Below, one piece after another: positions 29,509-37,933 of a DNA stretch of 64,000 nucleotides (its first letter is position 1; each line of letters begins with the position of its first letter). The notes under the pieces were generated by a model, which saw only the letters and a program-made list of their open reading frames with translations, did no database searches and was not told the DNA's origin. A program made the translations under genes and the position numbers. The stretch is taken from positions 157,680 to 221,679 of IMG/VR virus record IMGVR_UViG_3300017971_000190; one strand, given 5' to 3'.

Positions 29509-32500
29509 TTAAAGTTCTTCGCCTTCGTAACCATGAAGGTAATTTCTTAGTTCATACATATCTTCTTCATCTGCAAAGAAAACAAGAGCTAGCCTACCTG
29601 TGTCTTCATCCAAAGTAATTTCGTAACTTCCAGCTGGGAGTTCGCTGTAACCACTGTTCATAGGCATAACAATATAACGGGTAAGGGCACTTTGTAAATC
29701 TTCTTCACTGGCTTCAGAACCCAACTTTTTACGTAAATCGTAGTGTTTGACTACAGTCCAAAACTCTTCATCACTAGCGTTGGCAGGTAAAATTTCGTCT
29801 ACCTCAAATTCCATAGAGTCAGCTTCGCCTTCATAGGCGTCACTGTAATTGAGGTGGTTAAGTACGTGGCCATCGAAAACAGCTACGTCGTCTTGGAGAT
29901 CGTAACGAGCCATAATCTTCCTCCGTTTGAAAGAGGCTTCCATTTCCCACGGAATAGGTTTAACAGGCTTCTTTTTACGACGACGTTTTCTTTGTTTTAG
30001 AGCTTTATCTGTAACAGGCCACAACGTTTTCTTCTCTAAAGCCAACTCAAAAATATCAGCAATAATTTTGTCGTGAAGATACCATTTATCATTTTTATCA
30101 TAACCTTCTTCCAAACGCTCTTTAGCAAGTCTATTAGACGTATCCTTATTTCGTCTAAGGTCATTAAAATCTCTATGTGCTGCTAACCAAGCAGCTCTTT
30201 CATCTATTTGCTGTTCGGTTAAATCAACAGGCATAATATCGCCATGAGGCATATGAGGTTTATCGTACCAATCAACTGGTCTCTCATTGTCAATTATACG
30301 TGCTTTTTTTCGGAAAGTAGATCCTCTTCTTCCCTTACCAAAAGTATTTACCAAACCTTGACAATCTGCATCAGGAGGACAGTAAAATACCATGACTAGT
30401 CTATTAGCGTCGTCTACAGTAAACTGGTAACGACCACCAAACTCAGCTAGTTCACTGTTGCCTTGATTAAGGGGTGTAGCAATATTGTAGTTTAAGCTGT
30501 TCACGACGAACATGCGAAGTTCTTGAAGGTCTCCGCTACTTCTTAAACTATCGGGAAGTGAGAGTCCCTCTTTCTCGGCCATAATCTCCCACTCATCCCA
30601 AGGGGCATCCCAACTAATAAGCGTATCAAGTACGCAATCGAGATGATCAATAGTAGATTTCCTAGCTTGCTCTCTAAGACACTGTTTGACCATGTCATCA
30701 TAATGGTGAGGTCTAAGGGGCATTGCTTGTCTACGTCGTCCACTACGCCTAACTCTACCTTCTCTACTATGTTCTTTTCTAAACGCCTCAACAGCAAATT
30801 CTAAAGCCTGACCAGCAACCTTGTCACTAAGATCAAAAAGCTGTTCATGCAGTGTAAAGTCACTGGACATGAGAGCTAAAATTTCTTCTCCCTCAATGTC
30901 CATGGCACAAAGTTCATCCCAAGTACCTTCACATTCCCACGTACCAATACCACTACCAGCTTCTTCCCAAACAGCGTAGAGAATACCATCATCTTCATCC
31001 ATAAGGAGATCATAAGCTTCTTCTTTTTGGTCCGGTGTTAAACTGGTGTTGGAAGCCAGATATTTTTTAACAGCTGCTTTCCATTTCTGCACCCAAGCAT
31101 TTTTAAATTGTTCTGTTTCCGCCCAAAGTTCATCGTGTAAATACTCAAAAGCGTGATTTACATAATCACCCCAATCTTGATAAAAAGTGTCTAACATTAC
31201 TTCAAGTTGAGCATCACTTAAAGACTCAACTTGTTTGGGGTAAGTCTCTCTGGCAAATTTTACACCTTCACTGCCTTCCAGTTCTTGACCTTCACTTTCA
31301 ACAACAGTGCTTTCAATTTCTTGCATGAGCCCTTCCATAAGGGTTCTAGCATGATGATAGTAAAGAGCTATTTTACGACGCATTCTTGCTTTCCCTTCCA
31401 ACCTTAATTGTTGTTGACGAGGGTCAACACCTTCGGTGTATTCTTTAACTAGATGCCAAATTGGATGGGAAGGATCAAGGTAATCGTCACCCCAATTTTC
31501 CGCCATTTCCCGGACTATATCTTCGGTAGAGAGGTATTTATCTCTAGATAATTTTTGTATGTTTTTTCTAATATCTTCTTCAGTACCGTGAAAAATAGAA
31601 CCAAATTCTTCTTCAGCCTTTTCTTCTTCCATTTCTTTAATTTTATTTTGCACAGCGTGTTGCGCTAAACTACGTGATGCTTTCATATCTTCTTGAATGC
31701 TTTTCCATTCTTCTTCACCAGCACTAGCAGTCACGTTTTTAATTTCTGGCCAGAGTAAACTTTCTACTTCACCTTTTAACTGACTTTCGTTTACATCTTC
31801 ATGCCAGAGAGAATCTACAATGTCATTCTGATAAGTATCAAAATCACCCCACTCAGAAACTCCACCAATGGCGTCAAAGAAAGCTTGGTCAGCAGCATAA
31901 TCTCCCATATTTTCTATGGCTTGTCTAACTTTGCCTTCTGCTAAACTCCACGGATCTTCCTCATTTCCCACTTTAGAGATTAATTGTGCCAACGTATTTT
32001 CAATCCAATCTTCAACAGTACTTTTAACATCATCTAAGAAGTAGTCAGGACTAGGAGCGCTGTCATAAATGGCACTGCTGTAAACTTCTTTAAGAACGTC
32101 TAGCATGAGTTTAGGGTCATCACTAGCAGGAAGTTCTTCAAGTTCTACTAAACGTAGGAAGTCATCTTTATCTAGAACCTCCATCTCATCAGCATACAGC
32201 TGATGATAAATAGAATTCTGATAATCTTCACCCCAGTAACCCGCTGTTCTCTTAAAAGCAGCCACCAAGGATTTAGCAAAAGCTTGTTTCATTTGAAACA
32301 TTTCGGCACTGACTTTTTTACCTTCCAAATCCCAACTAGCAAGAGCTTTAGTTTCTGGACCACCGTGCTCAATACCTGCCTCAGTGATATAAGCTTTAGC
32401 TGGTACAGGAAGTTCAAACTCATCGAAGTCTTTGCTACTGGCTGGGCGCAAACCAAATTTAGCTAGTTCATCAGCAGTTACATGAGTTTTAGTCGGAATA

Positions 32501-32901
32501 GCATTTTCTGGTGTGAGCAATTCTACCTCAAAAATCTGTCTATCACTATCGTCTACATTGATACTTCTAACGTAGAGGAAGGGATAACGATCTTCAGCAG
32601 CATCAGCGTAGTACCACTTGTTCTTTTCTAAATTAAGTCTGCTAGCGTTTCGCTTTTTAGGTTTCTTAGAGCTGCTTTCTATTTCCTGAAGACAGCTGCA
32701 GCGAGCTACTTTTAAATCATACTTAGTAGCAAAAGCTTCTAATTTAGGCAAGTCTGCTACTTTAACATTATTTAAACCAATAGTAGCTTCGTTAGTAGAA
32801 AAAAGAGAAGCTCCTCTTTCCTGTAACAAAGGTTTGGCTTTTTCTACAGCCCCTGGAGCACCAGTTAAAGTGACAGCCCCATAAAATTGGACTTTACTCA
32901 T
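29509..32901 (-). CDS. very large multi-module acidic protein (putative internal head protein)
   Basis: About 1130 aa; junctions MRRKIA, GRRRQA, FRKKA, KRRKIMA; internal duplicated module; start moved to ATG 32901. Confidence 0.6.
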   Translation of the reverse strand: MSKVQFYGAVTLTGAPGAVEKAKPLLQERGASLFSTNEATIGLNNVKVADLPKLEAFATKYDLKVARCSCLQEIESSSKKPKKRNASRLNLEKNKWYYADAAEDRYPFLYVRSINVDDSDRQIFEVELLTPENAIPTKTHVTADELAKFGLRPASSKDFDEFELPVPAKAYITEAGIEHGGPETKALASWDLEGKKVSAEMFQMKQAFAKSLVAAFKRTAGYWGEDYQNSIYHQLYADEMEVLDKDDFLRLVELEELPASDDPKLMLDVLKEVYSSAIYDSAPSPDYFLDDVKSTVEDWIENTLAQLISKVGNEEDPWSLAEGKVRQAIENMGDYAADQAFFDAIGGVSEWGDFDTYQNDIVDSLWHEDVNESQLKGEVESLLWPEIKNVTASAGEEEWKSIQEDMKASRSLAQHAVQNKIKEMEEEKAEEEFGSIFHGTEEDIRKNIQKLSRDKYLSTEDIVREMAENWGDDYLDPSHPIWHLVKEYTEGVDPRQQQLRLEGKARMRRKIALYYHHARTLMEGLMQEIESTVVESEGQELEGSEGVKFARETYPKQVESLSDAQLEVMLDTFYQDWGDYVNHAFEYLHDELWAETEQFKNAWVQKWKAAVKKYLASNTSLTPDQKEEAYDLLMDEDDGILYAVWEEAGSGIGTWECEGTWDELCAMDIEGEEILALMSSDFTLHEQLFDLSDKVAGQALEFAVEAFRKEHSREGRVRRSGRRRQAMPLRPHHYDDMVKQCLREQARKSTIDHLDCVLDTLISWDAPWDEWEIMAEKEGLSLPDSLRSSGDLQELRMFVVNSLNYNIATPLNQGNSELAEFGGRYQFTVDDANRLVMVFYCPPDADCQGLVNTFGKGRRGSTFRKKARIIDNERPVDWYDKPHMPHGDIMPVDLTEQQIDERAAWLAAHRDFNDLRRNKDTSNRLAKERLEEGYDKNDKWYLHDKIIADIFELALEKKTLWPVTDKALKQRKRRRKKKPVKPIPWEMEASFKRRKIMARYDLQDDVAVFDGHVLNHLNYSDAYEGEADSMEFEVDEILPANASDEEFWTVVKHYDLRKKLGSEASEEDLQSALTRYIVMPMNSGYSELPAGSYEITLDEDTGRLALVFFADEEDMYELRNYLHGYEGEEL

Positions 32902-32905
32902 GATC

Positions 32906-33145
32906 TTATTTCCCTCTGTAGTACCGGTCATAAAGGGCTTTTACCACTCTTCGCCGTTTTGATGGTATGCTAAGAAAGCGACTATTTTCCAAAACGTGCA
33001 TGAAAATTTTAGCCGCTATATCGTCTGAGTTCTGAAATCCACCCGTCGCCCGAAAAATAATTTCAAAAATGTTATCTAAGCGCCGCAGTAAAGCTGCACC
33101 GATTTTGGTATCAGTGGTGCCTTTCTTTTTTCTACTGACTCTCAT
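32906..33145 (-). CDS. small basic protein
   Basis: 79 aa, GAGG SD. Confidence 0.6.
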   Translation of the reverse strand: MRVSRKKKGTTDTKIGAALLRRLDNIFEIIFRATGGFQNSDDIAAKIFMHVLENSRFLSIPSKRRRVVKALYDRYYRGK

Positions 33146-33158
33146 AATTAGTACCTCT

Positions 33159-34019
33159 TTAGTAGCCCATGATATCTATGGGTAAATCTTTCAATTGTTC
33201 ATCTCGTTTTTTAGCTTCAGCATCTTTAGTGGCTGTTTCTTCTAAGCGATCTGCCAAGTCTTTGTAACGAAAACGTTGCACTACCAACCAAATAAGAGGA
33301 GTGGGAAGATTACCTGTTGCAGAGACTGCTAGTGGTAAATCTTCATCTTCGCTTTCAACTAACTGACTTTCAAAAGTTTCAACTTTCTTCCAAAGGTCTT
33401 TACTACCAGCTCTTTTCAAAGCTTTTTTAATCAATTGGTCAATATGAAAACCTTGCTTTTTAAGATCGTCAATTACCTGAATTTTATCTTTATCCGCAAG
33501 TTCGTTGAAAGCAGCAAATACGTAAGTCCATTGCAGAGGAAAGAGATCTAGAGTTTTCTTATATTTAAAAAGTTGCCAGTTAACATAGGCTAAAATGGCT
33601 TCTGGCCTAGCCAGTTGTGAAAGACCAGGTACTCTACGACCATACCAAACCACTTTAATTACATCATACAACAAACCAAATTTGGAAATAAGCATATCTG
33701 TAGTTACAGTAGAAGGAAGTAAGTACCAGTAGATTAAATGATCTGTGGGTAAAAGATTTCTACCGTTAATAAAAGGAAGTTCCTCTTCGTACTTTTTTAA
33801 ATCTTCGGTTGGAACTAAAACAATGACATCTAAATCTGATTTTTCGTCGTAGTAATTGGTTACTAATTCACCCGCTAAAAGTACACCTGTAGCAGTGGGA
33901 AAACGTGTAGCAATCACGTCTTCAATTTGCGCTCTGGTACGGGGTAGCAACTCGTTTTCGTTGCTAGTTTGCCACACATCAGGGGCAAGATATAGATGGT
34001 AAAATTCTTCCCAAGGCAT
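33159..34019 (-). CDS. Pol-beta-superfamily nucleotidyltransferase-like protein (degenerate)
   Basis: LLAGELVTNYYDEKSDLDV: DxD retained, GS motif changed to GE. Confidence 0.6.
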   Translation of the reverse strand: MPWEEFYHLYLAPDVWQTSNENELLPRTRAQIEDVIATRFPTATGVLLAGELVTNYYDEKSDLDVIVLVPTEDLKKYEEELPFINGRNLLPTDHLIYWYLLPSTVTTDMLISKFGLLYDVIKVVWYGRRVPGLSQLARPEAILAYVNWQLFKYKKTLDLFPLQWTYVFAAFNELADKDKIQVIDDLKKQGFHIDQLIKKALKRAGSKDLWKKVETFESQLVESEDEDLPLAVSATGNLPTPLIWLVVQRFRYKDLADRLEETATKDAEAKKRDEQLKDLPIDIMGY

Positions 34020-34034
34020 TTTAAAAATGTATTA

Positions 34035-34074
34035 CTGTGGGAGGGAGAAAATAATAGCTCTCTCCCTCCCACAG
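34035..34074. terminator. 14-bp perfect inverted repeat, 12-nt loop
   Basis: ctgtgggagggaga / tctccctcccacag downstream of 34099..34542. Confidence 0.65.
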
Positions 34075-34098
34075 GGTTTCACAAGTTTAGATTGTTAA

Positions 34099-34542
34099 TT
34101 AGGCCGGAGCCCCAGTTGCATCTACGAATCCAGTGCCGTCGCTGTAATTCGGTAAATCCGTATTTGTGTTAAACCCATTAAATCCTTCAGGCACATCATT
34201 AAATGCAGGTCTGGTACCAGCAACGGAATCGAAGAATGAAGTCATTCCATAAGGCATTCCTGTAGCAGCTTGCAGAGATTTAATGTAACACGGGGTAACC
34301 GTACTTCCATTAGTTCCACCAGTGAAGCCCATATCATCATACTTCGGGAATACACTGACCCGACCAACAGATACTAGAGCAGCCAAAGCGATACAGCGGT
34401 CTACATTGCCAACAATATGACGAGCTGGAACGTCCGCAAATTTACCTGGGTTAATACGAGTATTACCCACAATGACTGCGCTACTGTGAGTGTTGTGAAC
34501 TCTAAACAAGAGTTCGTCTTTCTGAATCCATCTTTGCGCCAT
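34099..34542 (-). CDS. putative structural protein
   Basis: 147 aa, AAGGAG SD, flanked by the candidate promoter motif and a strong hairpin. Confidence 0.6.
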   Translation of the reverse strand: MAQRWIQKDELLFRVHNTHSSAVIVGNTRINPGKFADVPARHIVGNVDRCIALAALVSVGRVSVFPKYDDMGFTGGTNGSTVTPCYIKSLQAATGMPYGMTSFFDSVAGTRPAFNDVPEGFNGFNTNTDLPNYSDGTGFVDATGAPA

Positions 34543-34633
34543 AACTGTTTCTCCTTGGCTGCAAAACGTGAAACGATTTTGGTCTAAACTGGTATTTGAT
34601 ATCGTTGTTGTGAAGTGGGAGTTTTCCTCCCGT

Positions 34634-34647
34634 TAAAAAGTAACTTA
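34634..34647 (-). promoter_or_regulatory. candidate late-promoter motif (copy 2)
   Basis: TAAGTTACTTTTTA; overlaps the patatin stop codon. Confidence 0.3.
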
Positions 34648-35541
34648 AATTTCCTCTATTTTCATCAATATCTCTTTAGCCTTATCAATACCATACTTTC
34701 TTCGTTCTCTAATCAACTTGGGATCAAAGTCTAAACCACTGCCTAAACTATGGGAAGGCATGAATACTCTAATAGTTAGTTTTTTCTTTCCTTTTGCATT
34801 TGGGTGTCCAATATCAATGAGATCATTATAAAGTAGTGCCCGTTTAACATCTCTTAAGAATATTTCACTGCTCATGAGATCTACACAACGAAACCCAACT
34901 GTAACAGCATTTCGTTTGGTCCCAGACCAGTTATCATGGGGATCTACTGTACTAGTAATTGGAGGACCAGTTAAAACTACGTCCATGGTAGTGCAACCAG
35001 CATCAATAGCAGATTGAAGAGGAGTAACACAACGGTAACCACCGTCCATCCAGAGATCGTCATTGATCCACTTACCTAAAAGATACGGTTCTAAACCACT
35101 ACTAGCACAAACCCATTTCCACAAATCTGGAGTAAACTGAGTAGCTTCCCAATAATTACCAGCTCCATAAGCACAACAACCTATTCTTATTTCTCGTCCG
35201 CTTTCAGCTGCTTTTTCATCTTTCACATTTGTTTTAATTATTTTCTGAAGCGGGCTGCTATTATAAAAGGCATCTTTACTAACTAGTCCTGCCAACTTTC
35301 CCCAAATCCAGCGTTTGTAAATACTCTCATTTCCTTTAAGACCTAGCCATATTTTATCCAAGACTTCTACAGCTTCTCCAAAAGCACCAAGTGGAAATTG
35401 GCTAACCATGCCAGCTTCCAATGCTCCTACACTTACCCCACTCACAAAACTATAATCCTCACCATTTTCGGCTAAAACAGTAAGAACGCCTTGTGTGAAA
35501 GCACCTTTACTTCCACCACCACTCATGACTAAAGCTTTCAT
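34645..35541 (-). CDS. patatin-like phospholipase
   Basis: GGGSKG, GVSVG (GxSxG) and DGG motifs; start moved to ATG 35541. Confidence 0.9.
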   Translation of the reverse strand: MKALVMSGGGSKGAFTQGVLTVLAENGEDYSFVSGVSVGALEAGMVSQFPLGAFGEAVEVLDKIWLGLKGNESIYKRWIWGKLAGLVSKDAFYNSSPLQKIIKTNVKDEKAAESGREIRIGCCAYGAGNYWEATQFTPDLWKWVCASSGLEPYLLGKWINDDLWMDGGYRCVTPLQSAIDAGCTTMDVVLTGPPITSTVDPHDNWSGTKRNAVTVGFRCVDLMSSEIFLRDVKRALLYNDLIDIGHPNAKGKKKLTIRVFMPSHSLGSGLDFDPKLIRERRKYGIDKAKEILMKIEEI

Positions 35542-35542
35542 C

Positions 35543-36529
35543 TTAAACGGCTCCATTTGTAGTTGCATCCCAACGGAAAAGCATTATTACACCATTAATC
35601 TCTACTTCGTTGACTGGCTCTTTAACTTTAACTAATTCCATACCCATTTTCCAATGATGACTTACCCATTCTACCAAGTAGGCATCAATTTCAAATATTC
35701 CTCGCGGAGATCCCATCGTAACATTTCTAACTAAGTACATTGGAGGAGGAACAACTCCATAAAGGAGAACTATTCTTCGATCATATTTTCCCCGTTCTTG
35801 CTCCTCTTGATAAACGGTTATTTCTTCAGTTCTTTCATTAACTACCCAAGGGCCTTGACTACTTGGAATTGGACATGCAGCTGTTAAATCAACATCGTAA
35901 TCACCATTTCCATCCATGGGGTAAATTATGTAACCATCTATAATAGTGCAATTACCGGTACCACTTCCATTTGGTGTAACATCAGAACTTCCAAATTTAA
36001 TGTAAACAGAAAAAAAATCTTCTCCGTTAAAATCATCCGTATTTTTCCAATTTATTTCTCCATCATGAACATAGACTGATTCTGCAAATTCCAATTCTAT
36101 AAATTTAGTTCCAGTTTCTGTAGCTGCAAAAGTAATCCTAACAGGAGTACCTTCTCCTCGTTTAAGAGGGTCTAATTGATCCCCTTTTGACGTATACCAA
36201 GTAAAACTGCCACCAGGAGCTGGGGTAGGTACGATTACTTGTTTTCCATCACGATCAATACGAGCCCCATCTATTTTAACATCGGTAGCAGGTGGGGCAA
36301 GAGGTTCTCCACTATGACTGCCAACTATAGTATTTAAAGTGGTTTCATCTTCAGTTGAAAGTGCATCTTTAAACCAAATAGAACATGTGTCTGTTGCCTC
36401 TGCAACATCAATTCGATCTAGTGCTGTTACAATAGTGCTGGCTCTTATTTCTTCTGTTAAGCAGTCAGGAGCCACTTTTCCATTAGGAAAATCCGTACTA
36501 ATTGTATAATTATATTCTGTTGCTGCCAT
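35543..36529 (-). CDS. putative virion structural protein
   Basis: N-terminal YxxSTDFPNGKV domain shared with 36532..37149. Confidence 0.6.
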   Translation of the reverse strand: MAATEYNYTISTDFPNGKVAPDCLTEEIRASTIVTALDRIDVAEATDTCSIWFKDALSTEDETTLNTIVGSHSGEPLAPPATDVKIDGARIDRDGKQVIVPTPAPGGSFTWYTSKGDQLDPLKRGEGTPVRITFAATETGTKFIELEFAESVYVHDGEINWKNTDDFNGEDFFSVYIKFGSSDVTPNGSGTGNCTIIDGYIIYPMDGNGDYDVDLTAACPIPSSQGPWVVNERTEEITVYQEEQERGKYDRRIVLLYGVVPPPMYLVRNVTMGSPRGIFEIDAYLVEWVSHHWKMGMELVKVKEPVNEVEINGVIMLFRWDATTNGAV

Positions 36530-36531
36530 GA

Positions 36532-37149
36532 TTACTCTCCGATTCCCATAATTTCAAGCCTAACACGCCTAATCTTAGAAGCCCCATTTGTTTGCGTAGT
36601 ACAGTAATCTAAGTCAATAAAATGATCTCCAGCGGTTAATGTTACTTTTCCAAATCCGCTACAAGGTCTCCATCCAGCACTAGGACGAAGTTCTTCATCG
36701 ACTTCATAAATAGTAGTTAAATCATTCACTTGAACTCTAGCTTTAAATTGTCCTTGATTAGATCCCATACATTCATAACTGAAACCAACTCGATACGAAC
36801 CTTCTTTAACACTTGAAACATTTAGTCTCAGCTTTTGTTGGAATTCAGTAGACGTAGTAATAGTAGTAGTTTGATCTTCTGCTATAGTATACGCATCTCC
36901 GAATTGTACTGGAGGAGGGAGAGGTTCTCCGCTATGATTAGCAACAATGCTATCTAAATTTATTTGGTCTTCGGAACTTAGATTGTCAGTAAACCAAATA
37001 TCACACGTATCGGCAGTTTTGTTTGTAGTAATATGATTTAATGGAGTAACAATAACACTAGTGTTTATTTCTTTAGTAAGTCGTTCAATATCTACTTTCC
37101 CATTTGGAAAATCTGTGCTAATTGGGTAAGTATATTTAGTTTCAGCCAT
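36532..37149 (-). CDS. putative virion structural protein (two shared domains)
   Basis: N-terminal domain shared with 35543..36529; C-terminal beta domain shared with 37149..37931. Confidence 0.6.
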   Translation of the reverse strand: MAETKYTYPISTDFPNGKVDIERLTKEINTSVIVTPLNHITTNKTADTCDIWFTDNLSSEDQINLDSIVANHSGEPLPPPVQFGDAYTIAEDQTTTITTSTEFQQKLRLNVSSVKEGSYRVGFSYECMGSNQGQFKARVQVNDLTTIYEVDEELRPSAGWRPCSGFGKVTLTAGDHFIDLDYCTTQTNGASKIRRVRLEIMGIGE

Positions 37150-37931
37150 TAGCTAATTCTCCAGAGTTCCAACCTGACGTTCCAAATATAAGATGCCTGA
37201 AGCGCAGAAGAAGACCAAAAATCTAACGTGATATTATGCTCTCCTGCACTTAAAGTTCTGACAGCAAATCCTCCTGTGGGGGAATAATTACTTGTTCCAG
37301 AATTTGTAGGGTACTCACTGTGATCCATTAAATTTGGATCTGTATCATCTAATCTTACTCTAGCTTTAAAAGATTGATTACTAGCGTCTTGTGACCATTC
37401 GTAGTTCCACCCAATTCTATAAACACCAGTAGGTAAAGTTGCAAGAGTTGTTAACGTCAGTACATTGACAGGGGTGGTGCTTGTAGTTCCTAGTCCACCA
37501 AGTTCCTCATCTGTTTGATATTCAGATCCAAATACCACAAAAAAAGGGTAAGGCTCCCAAGTTGCTTGAGACTCGTTCCAAGTAAGCAGGTCTTTATCTG
37601 TGGGTGTAGTTACTGCAACGTTGTTTCCTTGTAGTCTATTTGCATTCCATTGAGCAACATCATTACCTACTTGTTCAGCTGTAACTACATGAGGATTACT
37701 TTGAGAATCTACGTGTCCATCTAATTCTAAGTGGGTATGGGATCCTCTATTTTGAATTAGGGTATGGTCTATTAAATTTTGATTTCCAGAATCTATTAAA
37801 ATATAGGTAGTATCTTGATAATGAATTTTGTATTGACCATCAGTAGTATTAAACCACAGCTGTCCATCTTCAGGTGTAGAAGGATCTGTTGTCAAAAGGT
37901 CGAAATTTAAACCATCACTTTTAATAGGCAT
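37149..37931 (-). CDS. fibre-associated protein
   Basis: DPSTPEDGQLWFNTTDG motif, typical of fibre proteins; shared C-terminal domain. Confidence 0.6.
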   Translation of the reverse strand: MPIKSDGLNFDLLTTDPSTPEDGQLWFNTTDGQYKIHYQDTTYILIDSGNQNLIDHTLIQNRGSHTHLELDGHVDSQSNPHVVTAEQVGNDVAQWNANRLQGNNVAVTTPTDKDLLTWNESQATWEPYPFFVVFGSEYQTDEELGGLGTTSTTPVNVLTLTTLATLPTGVYRIGWNYEWSQDASNQSFKARVRLDDTDPNLMDHSEYPTNSGTSNYSPTGGFAVRTLSAGEHNITLDFWSSSALQASYIWNVRLELWRIS

Positions 37932-37933
37932 AA

